NCBI GenBank assembly: GCA_026416055.1 | Contig: JAOAFX010000003.1 | Location: forward strand, 589-64,588 | DNA from: a candidate division WOR-3 bacterium | GTDB taxonomy: Bacteria > Hydrothermota > Tepidihabitantia > SM23-42 > JAOAFX01 | Reading direction: 5' to 3' | DNA length: 64,000 bases | Shown here: in pieces, positions 49,708-59,946 of the stretch | How positions within the stretch are numbered: the stretch's first letter is position 1 | Layout of the letters: each line of letters begins with the position of its first letter | Notes under the pieces: generated by a model | What the model saw: the letters and a program-made list of their open reading frames with translations, nothing else | Told to the model about the DNA's origin: nothing | Database searches by the model: none | Program-made: the position numbers and the translations under genes

Positions 49708-50769
49708 TCATGGATTAGAATTTTCTATCATCCTGCGCTTTATAAAAAAGGCCAAAAAAGAAAGTAACGCAGATGCGAATAAAAGAACCCTTATCCCTAA
49801 AAGGGCAATAATCCCACCGAGTAATGGTCCGGTAATACCTGATAGACCTATAACCGAATTTAAAAATCCTGATGCGGTCGCCTGTTCAAGGTTGTTTTTC
49901 AGCAAATATTTGATTGAGCCTAAATACAATGTCGCCCAGGAAAGACCGAGTAAGACCTGGAAGATTATTATCACATGCCAGTTCGGTGCCACTCCATATC
50001 CCAAGAATGTCAGTGCCGAACATATTATGCCTGTAAGAATCAACCTTTCTGGATCCTGCTTTTCTAAAAGTATCATAAAGATAAACTGAGCAAAAGGATT
50101 TATTGCATACAGTAAACTTATATCAAACTTATTGGCACCGAGTTGGGTGAGGTATATCGGGAATATCGCCCAGATTGCCTGAGCCGCACTATGCCTGATA
50201 AAAAATGGTATATATATTCCAAGATTCTTTCTGATGATATGATAGGGAAATGAAGGAACATTAATCTTCTTTCCTGTCTCCCTGACAAAAAAACTGAGGA
50301 AAAAACCAGCAAAGCAAAAAAGGGCAGCTGTGGTAAAAATCAGAAAGTTATTCTTTAATATTCCAGGCAGGAAATTCCCCAGTGTATAACCGAGCGAACC
50401 GAATCCGGAAAACCAGCCCAAGGAGTTGCCCCAGGCGAGTGCAACGATCGAACCAGGTATCATCCCAATGCCCAATCCTGCAAGACCGCGAAAGAGGAAT
50501 ATAGACTCAATATTATGAATAAAATTATGAAGAAAGAGGATGACTCCCGAGACCAAAAATCCCCACATGATCATTTTTTTCCTGCCGTACATATCACCGA
50601 GTCGACCAAAGATTAAAGAAGAGAAGAAAAGCATGGTATTGTATAAAACGAGAATAAGGGAAATCAAAAAAAGATTTTCAGTATACTGCCGGGCAATTAA
50701 AGGTATGAAGATAGAAGCTGTTATCCAAGCTGAGGAATAAAAGAAATTCAGAATATTGACCGAAACCAG
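49708..50769 (-). CDS. MFS transporter (start uncertain, possibly CTG at 50769)
   Basis: Motif A GRLGDMYGRK; the frame stays open with a TM1-like helix upstream of the ORF-track TTG (50667). Confidence 0.8.
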   Translation of the reverse strand: MVSVNILNFFYSSAWITASIFIPLIARQYTENLFLISLILVLYNTMLFFSSLIFGRLGDMYGRKKMIMWGFLVSGVILFLHNFIHNIESIFLFRGLAGLGIGMIPGSIVALAWGNSLGWFSGFGSLGYTLGNFLPGILKNNFLIFTTAALFCFAGFFLSFFVRETGKKINVPSFPYHIIRKNLGIYIPFFIRHSAAQAIWAIFPIYLTQLGANKFDISLLYAINPFAQFIFMILLEKQDPERLILTGIICSALTFLGYGVAPNWHVIIIFQVLLGLSWATLYLGSIKYLLKNNLEQATASGFLNSVIGLSGITGPLLGGIIALLGIRVLLFASALLSFLAFFIKRRMIENSNP

Positions 50770-50771
50770 TT

Positions 50772-51320
50772 TTAAATACCCCCGGGTTTGATGACTGGAA
50801 TACTACTTCTACACAATGGGCATTCTTCAGGTTTAAAATTCTGCACTTCTTTTTTATATAATGCGTGATATTCAAAAGGCATTTTTACTGAACTGCGATC
50901 AATCAAGACCGCAATACCCATAATTCGGCCATCTTTTTCTTTTACTGCTTCTATCGTCTCACCCAGTGATTTACCTGTAGTCAGGACATCATCAACGATT
51001 AAAACATTCTTATGGGCGATATTAAATCCCCGTGCCACAATTCTCTTACCTTCACGTTCCTCAGCAAAACCTGCATTGCAATTCAACTGGCGTGCGGTCT
51101 CAAAGGCGATTATGATACCGCCGGTCGTCGGTCCTATTACCCATTCAATGTTTTTTTCTCCAAATTCTTTAGCAATCATTGCACATAACTGACTTGTAAC
51201 TTCAGGGTTTTCGAGAATCCTGAATTTTTCAAAATAGTACTGGCTATGCAAACCAGAGTTCAATACAAAATGTCCTTCTATCAAAACTCTGTATCTTCTT
51301 AAAATTTCTTCAACCTGCAT
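50772..51320 (-). CDS. pyrE: Orotate phosphoribosyltransferase
   Basis: GHFVLNSGLHS; PRPP motif VLIVDDVLTTGKS. Confidence 0.95.
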   Translation of the reverse strand: MQVEEILRRYRVLIEGHFVLNSGLHSQYYFEKFRILENPEVTSQLCAMIAKEFGEKNIEWVIGPTTGGIIIAFETARQLNCNAGFAEEREGKRIVARGFNIAHKNVLIVDDVLTTGKSLGETIEAVKEKDGRIMGIAVLIDRSSVKMPFEYHALYKKEVQNFKPEECPLCRSSIPVIKPGGI

Positions 51321-52029
51321 TTTCCATCTCCTTAATTATCTGTTTTGCCGCCTGAAGCGGGTCTCGGGCTGCCACAATCGGTCTTCCAACGACTATATAA
51401 TCTGCGCCTGCCCTAATCGCCTGACCTGCAGTCATCGTCCGCGCCTGATCATCTACCATTTCACCTTCCGACCGTATTCCCGGTGTTATGATGAGGAAAT
51501 CCTGACCGCAATTCTCCCTTATCCTTGTTATCTCTTGCGGTGAAGCAACGACCCCATCCAGACCTGCACTCTGTGCAAGGCGGGCAAGGAATATAACCTG
51601 CTCTTCAATCGTTCTTTTTACATCACCAAATAAATCTTTAAAGTATGCCTCATCAATGCTGGTCAGAACAGTTATCCCCAGGAGGCGGGGTCGGGAAATA
51701 TTTTTAATATCAGAGACGAGTGAGACAGCCTTTACAGCTTCCTCCATCATTGTAAAACCGCCGCTGATATGCATCGTGAGCATATCTACACCGAGTTCCA
51801 TTGCCCCTTCACAGGCACGGGCAACAGTATTGGGGATATCATGGTATTTTAAATCCAGCATCACCTTCAAACCACGGTCTTTTAAAAATCTCACCAGTTC
51901 TGGACCGAAATAGGTGAAAGGGATTGCACCTACTTTAAAATATTTTACTACGCTCTGCAATTTATCTACGAGCAATTTAATCTTATTCAGATCGTTTACA
52001 TCGAGTGCCACGATCAATTTCTCTTTCAT
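51310..52029 (-). CDS. pyrF: Orotidine-5'-phosphate decarboxylase
   Basis: IVALD, LDLKYHDIPNT, TPGIR, DDQAR, VVGRPI. Confidence 0.97.
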   Translation of the reverse strand: MKEKLIVALDVNDLNKIKLLVDKLQSVVKYFKVGAIPFTYFGPELVRFLKDRGLKVMLDLKYHDIPNTVARACEGAMELGVDMLTMHISGGFTMMEEAVKAVSLVSDIKNISRPRLLGITVLTSIDEAYFKDLFGDVKRTIEEQVIFLARLAQSAGLDGVVASPQEITRIRENCGQDFLIITPGIRSEGEMVDDQARTMTAGQAIRAGADYIVVGRPIVAARDPLQAAKQIIKEMENAG

Positions 52030-52047
52030 GAGTCCCCCTTTAAACGA

Positions 52048-52884
52048 TTACTTACCGCCCTTCAACAGGGTATCGAGTTCCTCGATAATCCTCAAAGGTG
52101 CATACGGATCACGCAGAACCGCAGTTCCAATCGCCACTGCCTTAGCACCGGCAAGGAGAAACTCATATGCATCCCTGCCGGTCATAATGCCGCCGATACC
52201 GATTACGGGTACCTTCAATTCCCTTAAGCGATGGACACAATACAATGCAAATGGTCTGATTGCCGGGCCGGATAGACCTCCGGTGATCAAGGGCTTTTTT
52301 GCCTTGATGTCAAAAACCAGTCCATAAAGAGTATTGATCAAAGAAAGGCCGTCAGCACCTGCATCGATACATGCCCTGCCAACTTTCAATGGATCGCAAA
52401 AATTAGCAGTAAGTTTTACAATTATCGGGCATCTTGTTCTCTTTCGCACCACCCGCACGATCTCCGCTGCCATTTTAGGATTCTGCCCGAATAAAACACC
52501 TCCCTCCTTTACATTCGGGCATGAAATATTTAACTCAAATCCTGTAACCCTGTCTCCAATCTCTTCAACAATTTGAGCATACTCTTCCACTGTGAATCCT
52601 GCAACATTAACAAATATCCGGCTGTTGATCTTTTTTATCCTTGGAAGGATCGACCTGCAAAACTCCTTCACACCCGGATTTTCCAGCCCAACTGAATTGA
52701 TAATACCACAAGGAGTTTCATAAATTCTGGGTGGTGGATTGCCCATCCGGGGCAAGAGGGTAATTCCCTTGGTGAATAGGGCACCTACACTCCTTGTTAC
52801 ATTTTTGTATTTCAGCCCGAATCCAAATACACCCGATGCAATGAAGACCGGATTTTGAAATTCAATGTTAAATATCTCAATCAT
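52048..52884 (-). CDS. pyrD: Dihydroorotate dehydrogenase 1B, catalytic subunit
   Basis: ASG, NSVGLENPG, ELNISCPN, INT, GGLSG. Confidence 0.95.
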   Translation of the reverse strand: MIEIFNIEFQNPVFIASGVFGFGLKYKNVTRSVGALFTKGITLLPRMGNPPPRIYETPCGIINSVGLENPGVKEFCRSILPRIKKINSRIFVNVAGFTVEEYAQIVEEIGDRVTGFELNISCPNVKEGGVLFGQNPKMAAEIVRVVRKRTRCPIIVKLTANFCDPLKVGRACIDAGADGLSLINTLYGLVFDIKAKKPLITGGLSGPAIRPFALYCVHRLRELKVPVIGIGGIMTGRDAYEFLLAGAKAVAIGTAVLRDPYAPLRIIEELDTLLKGGK

Positions 52885-53623
52885 TGAATTCTAATCCTTT
52901 AAGTTCAAATACCGGTCCATCTTCACATATCCTTTTGTAAGAACCCTTGTATTTTATTGCACAACCAAGGCATAGGCCACAGCCACAACCCAGAAAGTCT
53001 TCGCAGAATGCATATACCGGAAATTGCAGATTCATTTTTTTCAATTCTACAAGCATCGCCCGGGGACCACAGGCATAGCCGGCTCCATACTCAGCCAGGT
53101 TTAACTCATTCAATACAGAAAGTGCAGTTCCGGCTTTATTGCTTCCGGTTTCAGTTATGAACACTGCTCTGGAGGACAATTTTTTTATCTCATCTTTCAG
53201 AACGAGTTCTGATGGCGTTCGTGCCCCATAGACGAATGTAAAATCGATCCGTGCTTTTTTTAAACTCTTTGCAAGAAAGTATAAAGGTGCAACACCGATA
53301 CCACCCGCAATTATCAAACTTTTTTTATTTTTTATCTTTAATTTTTTGCCCAGGGGTCCGAAAATTAGTACTTCATCACCAGTTTTCTTTTTGCTTAAAA
53401 TTTCAGTCCCTCTGCCCACAATCTTTACTATCATCAGCAATCTGCCTTTTTCATAGTCAGCAATACTGATCGGTCTGCTCAACAGTGGATCGTAGGATTC
53501 ATTTATACGGATCTGGAAAAACTGGCCAGGTGCTGGTTTCAAACCGTGTAGAGTGAATTCCATGCTAAAAATGTCCCTGCTCAGCCATTCTTTATTTATA
53601 ATCTTAACCAGATGCCACATCAT
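52877..53623 (-). CDS. pyrK: Dihydroorotate dehydrogenase electron-transfer subunit
   Basis: PGQF, RPIS, GGIGVAP, CGP, CGxGxCxxC...C.DGPVF. Confidence 0.92.
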   Translation of the reverse strand: MMWHLVKIINKEWLSRDIFSMEFTLHGLKPAPGQFFQIRINESYDPLLSRPISIADYEKGRLLMIVKIVGRGTEILSKKKTGDEVLIFGPLGKKLKIKNKKSLIIAGGIGVAPLYFLAKSLKKARIDFTFVYGARTPSELVLKDEIKKLSSRAVFITETGSNKAGTALSVLNELNLAEYGAGYACGPRAMLVELKKMNLQFPVYAFCEDFLGCGCGLCLGCAIKYKGSYKRICEDGPVFELKGLEFND

Positions 53624-54918
53624 TTTCCACTCATAAGGTTCTGGGCACTCTTCACATATTCAGTATCAGGGTATCTTTTGAGCAACTCATCAAAAAGCAT
53701 CTTTGCCAGACTATCATCTTTAAGAACCATTTTGTTGATCCAGAAGCTTGCATACAGTGCCTTCGGTGAAAGTTTACTCCTAGGATAATTTCTATATACA
53801 TTCTCATAATGGTGTAGTGCTTTCTTCATATCCTTGACTTCAACGAAATACAGCTCTCCTAAAGAAAACTGGGCTTTATCCGGCTCGTCCGTTTTACCGG
53901 TCAGCTCTCTTATTTTTTTCAGAATTTCTGATTTTTTCTTCGCCTCATTGAGAAGCCCACTGGTTGCCTTAGGAATAAGAGAATCATAATAAGCAATCGC
54001 TAAATCAAGATTGTCTTCTTTTTCAGCTATACGCGCCAGTTCTAAATAGGCTTTTGCTGCATACTCCGGTGACTCAGTTTTTTTTACTTCTTCATAAATC
54101 TGTTTTGCGGTATTGATATCATTGGTGCGGACATATAAATCGGCAAGCAGCAACCTGAACTCCGGGTCGGATTCATGTTCCAAAAAATTTCTGCACTCCT
54201 CATATTTTTCCATCTCCAGATAGATGCTGGCGATTTTCAGTTTTACCAGTTTCCTCTGTTCTGGTGGTTGTTCTATTCCTTCGATTTCAACAAGGGTCTT
54301 CAATGCCGATTCATATTCTTTCAATTTATATTCACACTCACTGAGTATATTTAATATCATCAGACGTTCCCGGCGCGTAAGTCTTTCACTCTTTAACTTC
54401 CTCGCAATATTTATAACCTCGCGGTAATTACCATCACGATAGTATGCATAGCATAGCATAACCTGTGCCTTCTTATGATGACTCCGGTAATTGGCCGCCT
54501 CCTTCAGGGCGATGATTGCCTTGCTCATTTCGCCCAGTTTATAATAGGTTAGACCGGTATAGTACATTCCATCGTCATACATTTTTGAATTGGGAAAATT
54601 GGTCGTGAAAAATTCCAATTTTTCAAGTGCACGATTATAATCACCTTTAAAATAGTAAGAAACACCCATCATAAAGAGGGCATCATCTGCATACCTCGAA
54701 CCCGGATATTTCAAAATAACGGCAGCACACTTTTCAATCGCCTTATCAAAAGGTTCCACATCATATTTGAGTGTATCATCTTTGGCCAATTTCATTCCCT
54801 GATTAAAATAATTCTGAGCGTTATAAAAAGTGTTAAAATAGGCACAACTGGTACAAAAGAGGCAAAGGATAAACCCTATAGCATGTCCAGAAGACCTTAA
54901 GATAGTATATTTAGCCAT
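53620..54918 (-). CDS. TPR lipoprotein (BamD-like/SprE-PorW-like N-terminus)
   Basis: Lipobox CTSC; AYFNTFYNA; YPGSRYADDALF; many TPRs. Confidence 0.75.
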   Translation of the reverse strand: MAKYTILRSSGHAIGFILCLFCTSCAYFNTFYNAQNYFNQGMKLAKDDTLKYDVEPFDKAIEKCAAVILKYPGSRYADDALFMMGVSYYFKGDYNRALEKLEFFTTNFPNSKMYDDGMYYTGLTYYKLGEMSKAIIALKEAANYRSHHKKAQVMLCYAYYRDGNYREVINIARKLKSERLTRRERLMILNILSECEYKLKEYESALKTLVEIEGIEQPPEQRKLVKLKIASIYLEMEKYEECRNFLEHESDPEFRLLLADLYVRTNDINTAKQIYEEVKKTESPEYAAKAYLELARIAEKEDNLDLAIAYYDSLIPKATSGLLNEAKKKSEILKKIRELTGKTDEPDKAQFSLGELYFVEVKDMKKALHHYENVYRNYPRSKLSPKALYASFWINKMVLKDDSLAKMLFDELLKRYPDTEYVKSAQNLMSGK

Positions 54919-54941
54919 TCTCGATTTTCAGGTAAGGCAAT

Positions 54942-56369
54942 TTATCTGGCGATACCCACCTGGACATCCCGGAATCGCGCCGGTGCCGTGGCATGGCCCA
55001 CATACATCGTTTGACCTGGCTCACCTTTACCGCAATTGGGTACACCATAAAGATGCCAGTAATCTTTATTAGCGATAGCATCACATTTGTTCCAGAACTG
55101 GGGTGTAATATCGGCATAGGTTGGGTTTTTATAGACCTCGGTCAATTTTCCATTCTCTATCTTGCGGGCAAGTTCACAACCAAATTGAAAGTTCAATCTT
55201 TTATCATCGATTGACCAGGATTTGTTGGTCGTCATAAATATCCCTTCTTTAGTGTCAGCAATCATATCTTCAAGTTTCCACTCACCGGGCAAAAGATTGA
55301 TGTTTGTCATCCGAATCAGAGGAATCCTGTTCCAGCCATCAGCACGCATATTGCCACTCGATTTAACATTCACAACCGGCGCGGTCTCCCTTGAACTCTG
55401 GTAACCAACAAATATCCCGTTTTTTATCAGATACACTTTCTGAGCAGGTACACCCTCATCATCCCACCCAAAAGTACCAAGACCACCCGGTATTGTTGCA
55501 TCGGCAACGATATTCACAATATCAGAGCCATATTTTAAGTTGTTTAATTTATCAGGCGTCATGAAAGAAGTACCAGCATAGGATGCCTCTGTACCAAGAA
55601 CCCGATCGAGTTCAGTAGGATGTCCACATGATTCATGGACCTGTAGAACCATCTGATTTGAATCAAGGATTATTGTCGTCTTCATAGTAGGACAGGGTTT
55701 TGCGCTCAATAGCATTATCGCCTCTTCCCTCACCCGCTCGGCATTCTCTACCAGTTTCAAATTCTTTATGAATTCGTATCCGGACTGTCCATAGTCATCA
55801 TATGAGCGGATCTGTAACTCCCCTTTGTCCATGGCAAAAGCCTTTATGCCTCCACCTACATAGATGAACTCCTGGAAAATCTTTGAGCCTTCGGTTGAGT
55901 AAAAATGGACTCTGACCCGGCGGAATGACATGAAGGATGTTCTATTTTTTATCCTTGGATCACTACCGAGTAACCTGTCAGATTTTAACAGAAGGTCTAT
56001 CTTTTCAGTGAGCGATACCTTGAATGGGTCGAGTTTGAAATCAGTCTTGTAAGAACCCTTTTGGGGCTCAAGTGGACTCAATACTACAGGCCCACCTTTT
56101 ATTTTTGCCGATGCCTCAGCAATGCGGATTGCTTTTCGCACTATACGATCTGTTTCAGCTTTTTTTAACAGATTTGATGAAGCAAAACCCCATGCATTAT
56201 CTTTAAGCACCCGCACACCAAATCCTGTATCAAATGTATGGGTAAGGGCTTCTATAATTCCGTTTTTTACTAAGATGCTTTCAGTCTCTTCTTCAACAAG
56301 GCGGACATCACCATAACTTATTTTTTTCAATTTTAAATTATCTATAATATCATTAAGTAATCGATCCAT
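54942..56369 (-). CDS. tldD: TldD/PmbA family metalloprotease (TldD type)
   Basis: GFGVR, HESCGH, DDEG, RMTN, CGKG. Confidence 0.92.
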   Translation of the reverse strand: MDRLLNDIIDNLKLKKISYGDVRLVEEETESILVKNGIIEALTHTFDTGFGVRVLKDNAWGFASSNLLKKAETDRIVRKAIRIAEASAKIKGGPVVLSPLEPQKGSYKTDFKLDPFKVSLTEKIDLLLKSDRLLGSDPRIKNRTSFMSFRRVRVHFYSTEGSKIFQEFIYVGGGIKAFAMDKGELQIRSYDDYGQSGYEFIKNLKLVENAERVREEAIMLLSAKPCPTMKTTIILDSNQMVLQVHESCGHPTELDRVLGTEASYAGTSFMTPDKLNNLKYGSDIVNIVADATIPGGLGTFGWDDEGVPAQKVYLIKNGIFVGYQSSRETAPVVNVKSSGNMRADGWNRIPLIRMTNINLLPGEWKLEDMIADTKEGIFMTTNKSWSIDDKRLNFQFGCELARKIENGKLTEVYKNPTYADITPQFWNKCDAIANKDYWHLYGVPNCGKGEPGQTMYVGHATAPARFRDVQVGIAR

Positions 56370-56390
56370 TTTTTACTCCTGTGATACTTA

Positions 56391-56492
56391 ACTATAATCA
56401 ATTTTTTCCTATCGTCAAGGGAGACTTTCAAAATACTAAAGCCATTGAGCGTTTATCTCAACTGTTGACTTTTTTAAGATTTTGATTATAAT
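56391..56492. promoter_or_regulatory. Divergent promoters: TTGACG-N16-TATAGT (minus, 56391-56418) and TTGACT-N16-TATAAT (plus, 56465-56492)
   Basis: Hexamers read directly between divergent genes. Confidence 0.7.
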
Positions 56493-56510
56493 ATGGGGAA
56501 AGGAGGTTTT

Positions 56511-57110
56511 ATGAAAAAATTATTTGTGTTGGTTCCGGTTGTACTCTTTCTGATTGGCTGTGGCGGTGGTGAAAAAGACTACTGGCCACTTAGCGTGGGC
56601 AACGTCTGGGAATACCAGAGCCAGACCAAAGTTACAACACCGGATACAACGTTCACGATCACCGACTCCTTGAAGATTGAAATCACTGGTGAAACCACGC
56701 TGAACAACGGAAAGAAGGTCTTTGAAGCGATTATGTCCAATGGCGGTGGAGATACCACCTACTGGGAGAAAACCGATGATTATGTATTCATTTACGACAA
56801 TAAAGCCGATACCGAACCCGACACTGCTCTTGTCCTCCCACTTGAAGAAGGTAAGACCTGGAATTTTCATAAGGATTCACTCTACACAGAAACGATTAAA
56901 ATTATAGGCAAAGAATCGGTCACAGTTCCTGCTGGCACCTATGATGACTGCTGGAAGGCAATGGATATTTATTCAAGCACATCAATCACTGAAACCTCCT
57001 ATGTATGGTTGGCACCAGATGTTGGACAGGTGAAAATGATAAGGACTGAATCGGATACAAATTATACTATGGAGACAAAGTTAGAACTGTATAACGTTAC
57101 AATAAAGTAA
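56511..57110 (+). CDS. Beta-rich lipoprotein (DUF3108/TapB-like)
   Basis: AAGGAGGT SD; lipobox LIGC; DYWPLSVGNVWEY, ESVTVPAGTY, WLAPDVGQVK. Confidence 0.75.
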   Translation: MKKLFVLVPVVLFLIGCGGGEKDYWPLSVGNVWEYQSQTKVTTPDTTFTITDSLKIEITGETTLNNGKKVFEAIMSNGGGDTTYWEKTDDYVFIYDNKADTEPDTALVLPLEEGKTWNFHKDSLYTETIKIIGKESVTVPAGTYDDCWKAMDIYSSTSITETSYVWLAPDVGQVKMIRTESDTNYTMETKLELYNVTIK

Positions 57111-57124
57111 AAACTTCCATAAAT

Positions 57125-57152
57125 AAAAAGGGCTGGGAAACCAGCCCTTTTT
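57125..57152. terminator. Bidirectional intrinsic terminator
   Basis: AAAAAGGGCTGG-GAAA-CCAGCCCTTTTT between convergent genes. Confidence 0.9.
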
Positions 57153-58362
57153 ATTTTTTTCTTTTTAAATATTTTCTGCCCTTTAAATTTTCTGGCATAT
57201 ATTCCTGTTCAACCTTTGCATCTGGATAGTCATGTGGATATTTATACCCTTGCCCATAACCGAGTTTTTTCATTAAGGGAGTCGGCGCATTCCTGATGTG
57301 CATAGGAACAGGTTCGGCAAGTGTTTTCAAGGCGTCATCTTTTGCCTCAGAATAGGCGAGATAAAGTTCATTGCTCTTTTTTGCCTCGGCAAGATAGACC
57401 ACACATTCAGCAAGGGCTAAATCACCTTCAGGTCTACCGATAAATTCTACAGCATCTTTTGCCGCCACTGCAATCACAAGTGCCTGTGGATCAGCAAGTC
57501 CGATATCTTCAACTGCAAAACGGACAAGACGCCGGGCAATGTATAAAGGATCTTCACCTGCTTCAAGCATCCTTGCCAGCCAGTACAAAGATGCATCAGG
57601 GTCTGAACCACGCAGTGATTTATGTAATGCAGAGATTAGATTATAATGCTCTTCACCTGCTTTGTCATACCGTAGTGCTTTTTTCTGGACAACCTCCTCT
57701 GCAAGTTTTAAATCAATCTTACCCTCCTTTGCCGAGAAGGCGCACAATTCAATGGCATTTAATGCCACCCTTGCATCACCATCTGAGATATTGGCGATAA
57801 AATTAACTGCCTCTTCAGTGATTTCATATTTATTATCAAGTCCCTTTGGCGAGGTTAGAGCCCGATGGATAATCTTTTTGATATCTTCAAAAGAAAGGGG
57901 GTTGAGCATATAGACTTTTACCCTTGATAAAAGGCTGGAATTCAATTCAAATGATGGATTTTCGGTTGTGGCACCGATCAGGATGATCGTGCCCTTTTCA
58001 AGATAGGGTAAAAAAGTATCCTGCTGTGCTTTATTGAACCTGTGTATTTCGTCGATAAATATAACCGTATCTCTGTTGAACAAACTTTTCTTTTTTTCAA
58101 TGTCTTCCATAATTTTTTTTATTTCCACAATACCGCTTGTGGCTGCGGAAAAGGAAATAAAATCAGCAGAAAATTTTCTGGCCAAGAGCCGGGCAATCGT
58201 TGTCTTACCACTACCAGGGGGTCCAAATAACACCATGGAAAACAATCGACCCTGTTCAATCTGCCTCCTTATTGGACCATCTGGGCCAAGAAGATGGACC
58301 TGCCCGAGAACTTCATCAAATTCTTCAGGTCTGATCCTTTCTGCAAGTGGTGTCTTATCCAT
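57151..58362 (-). CDS. rarA: Replication-associated recombination protein A (MgsA/RarA)
   Basis: PLAERIRP, GPPGSGKTT, IDEIHRFNKAQQD, GATTENP, SALHKSLRGSD. Confidence 0.96.
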   Translation of the reverse strand: MDKTPLAERIRPEEFDEVLGQVHLLGPDGPIRRQIEQGRLFSMVLFGPPGSGKTTIARLLARKFSADFISFSAATSGIVEIKKIMEDIEKKKSLFNRDTVIFIDEIHRFNKAQQDTFLPYLEKGTIILIGATTENPSFELNSSLLSRVKVYMLNPLSFEDIKKIIHRALTSPKGLDNKYEITEEAVNFIANISDGDARVALNAIELCAFSAKEGKIDLKLAEEVVQKKALRYDKAGEEHYNLISALHKSLRGSDPDASLYWLARMLEAGEDPLYIARRLVRFAVEDIGLADPQALVIAVAAKDAVEFIGRPEGDLALAECVVYLAEAKKSNELYLAYSEAKDDALKTLAEPVPMHIRNAPTPLMKKLGYGQGYKYPHDYPDAKVEQEYMPENLKGRKYLKRKK

Positions 58363-59161
58363 TGGTTATAAAATACAGATAGAAAAATGGAATATTAAAA
58401 ATCAATGAGTCGAGCCGGTCCAGGAAACCACCATGACCTGGAAAGACATTCGATGCATCTTTTAAGCCCACTTCACGCTTCATCCCTGACTCAAACAGAT
58501 CCCCCACTGTACCCAGAATACCAATTCCCAGAGTTATCCATATGCTATCAATCAGATCAAATTTTTTTACCCATAATGAATTGAACCATAAGGTAAAGGG
58601 AAATGTAAGCAGGAATGCAAAAATCGTTCCTTCAATAGATTTTTTAGGACTCAATCTTTCTGCCAGCCTGTGCCTTCCCCATATTGTACCAACAAGATAG
58701 GCAAATGTGTCATATATCCAAGTAAGTAGTAATGGCAGAAGACTTACACAAAAACCATATTTTCTTAAAAGAATTATTGTTGAGGGGAGTACTGAAATAT
58801 AAAACACACCAAAAAAATTGGCACTGACTTCAGCGAGAAAATTCGGTTTACGCCTGCTGCCGGGAAATCGCATTACAGATAAGAGGGTGATAAAAAAAAA
58901 GAGAACAAAACCAGGTAACAGGGGTGGTATTTCAAAGTAAAATATTAGGGGAATCGTATATCCCGGAAAAAGGACCGCGAGGGTGTGGGGATAGATATCC
59001 TTGCGATGCCAGAACCGGAAATACTCATTTGTTGCAAAAGTAATAAAAAATAAAAGTAATAAAGGGAGTAGGATATTATCAATCCATAAAACGACAATGA
59101 CTACTGCAACGAGTATTGCACCCGTTTTTATCCGTTTTAATATATCATTAAATGCCGCCAA
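58355..59161 (-). CDS. cdsA: Phosphatidate cytidylyltransferase
   Basis: DTFAY, SPKKSIEG, GDLFES..KR...KD....PGHGGFLDRLDS. Confidence 0.95.
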   Translation of the reverse strand: MAAFNDILKRIKTGAILVAVVIVVLWIDNILLPLLLLFFITFATNEYFRFWHRKDIYPHTLAVLFPGYTIPLIFYFEIPPLLPGFVLFFFITLLSVMRFPGSRRKPNFLAEVSANFFGVFYISVLPSTIILLRKYGFCVSLLPLLLTWIYDTFAYLVGTIWGRHRLAERLSPKKSIEGTIFAFLLTFPFTLWFNSLWVKKFDLIDSIWITLGIGILGTVGDLFESGMKREVGLKDASNVFPGHGGFLDRLDSLIFNIPFFYLYFITNG

Positions 59162-59852
59162 ACAATCGCTCCCGATTTTTAAAATCTTCTATTGCTTTAA
59201 GGAATTCTTTTTTCCGAAAATCAGGCCAGAGGGTTCTGGTAAAATATATCTCGGCATAAGCAATTTGATATAATAAAAAGTTGGAGATCCTTTCACGCCG
59301 CTCAGCACCGGTTCTTATCAATAAATCGGGCGGAGGAAGTTCCGGATCATAAAGGTATCGGACAAAATTCTTTTCGTCCAGTTCATCAAGATTCAGCATC
59401 TTTTTTCTATCCTCAAGAACAATCTTTTTCACAGCGTCAACAATTTCACTCTGTCCTCCATAATTAAGGCAGAGTGTCAGGATGAGCGCATCATTGTTCT
59501 TCGTCAGTGTCAGGGCTTCTTCAAGTGCCTTTCGAGCACTGGGGTACAGTCCATCGAGTCTTCCGATTGCATTTATTCTCACTCTATTTTTGTTTAGCTC
59601 CGGGGTCTCTTTTTTAAGCATCTCTTCAAGCATGTTCATCAATGTCTGGACTTCCTCTGCAGGTCTTTTCCAGTTTTCAGTTGAAAAAGTATAAAGGGTG
59701 AGGTACTTTATGCCTATCTCACGTGCTGTTTTTACTATTATCCTTACTGATTCTACTCCTTCTCTATGGCCAATGACCCTGGGTAAACCTCTTTTCCTTG
59801 CCCAGCGTCCATTACCATCCATTATGATCGCCACATGATTGGGTTCAGCCAC
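59148..59852 (-). CDS. uppS: Undecaprenyl/isoprenyl diphosphate synthase
   Basis: HVAIIMDGNGRWA, FSTENWKRP, NYGG, DLLIRT, RISNFLL. Confidence 0.96.
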   Translation of the reverse strand: MAEPNHVAIIMDGNGRWARKRGLPRVIGHREGVESVRIIVKTAREIGIKYLTLYTFSTENWKRPAEEVQTLMNMLEEMLKKETPELNKNRVRINAIGRLDGLYPSARKALEEALTLTKNNDALILTLCLNYGGQSEIVDAVKKIVLEDRKKMLNLDELDEKNFVRYLYDPELPPPDLLIRTGAERRERISNFLLYQIAYAEIYFTRTLWPDFRKKEFLKAIEDFKNRERLFGGI

Positions 59853-59857
59853 AATGA

Positions 59858-59932
59858 ATTATATTGTAAATCATGGATTTGTCAACAAATTCATTTTAAA
59901 ACTATTGACATATAAAAAAAAATTAATATAAT
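59858..59932. promoter_or_regulatory. Divergent promoters, both TTGACA-N16-TATAAT (minus 59858-59885; plus 59905-59932)
   Basis: Perfect hexamers on both strands. Confidence 0.85.
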
Positions 59933-59946
59933 TATTGCGGGTTAGT

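Noticed and set aside
52940..53010. Extra cysteines in the PyrK Fe-S motif (FCEDFLGCGCGLCLGC)
   Set aside because: The canonical CGxGxCxxC...C ligands are intact; the extras fall at variable positions
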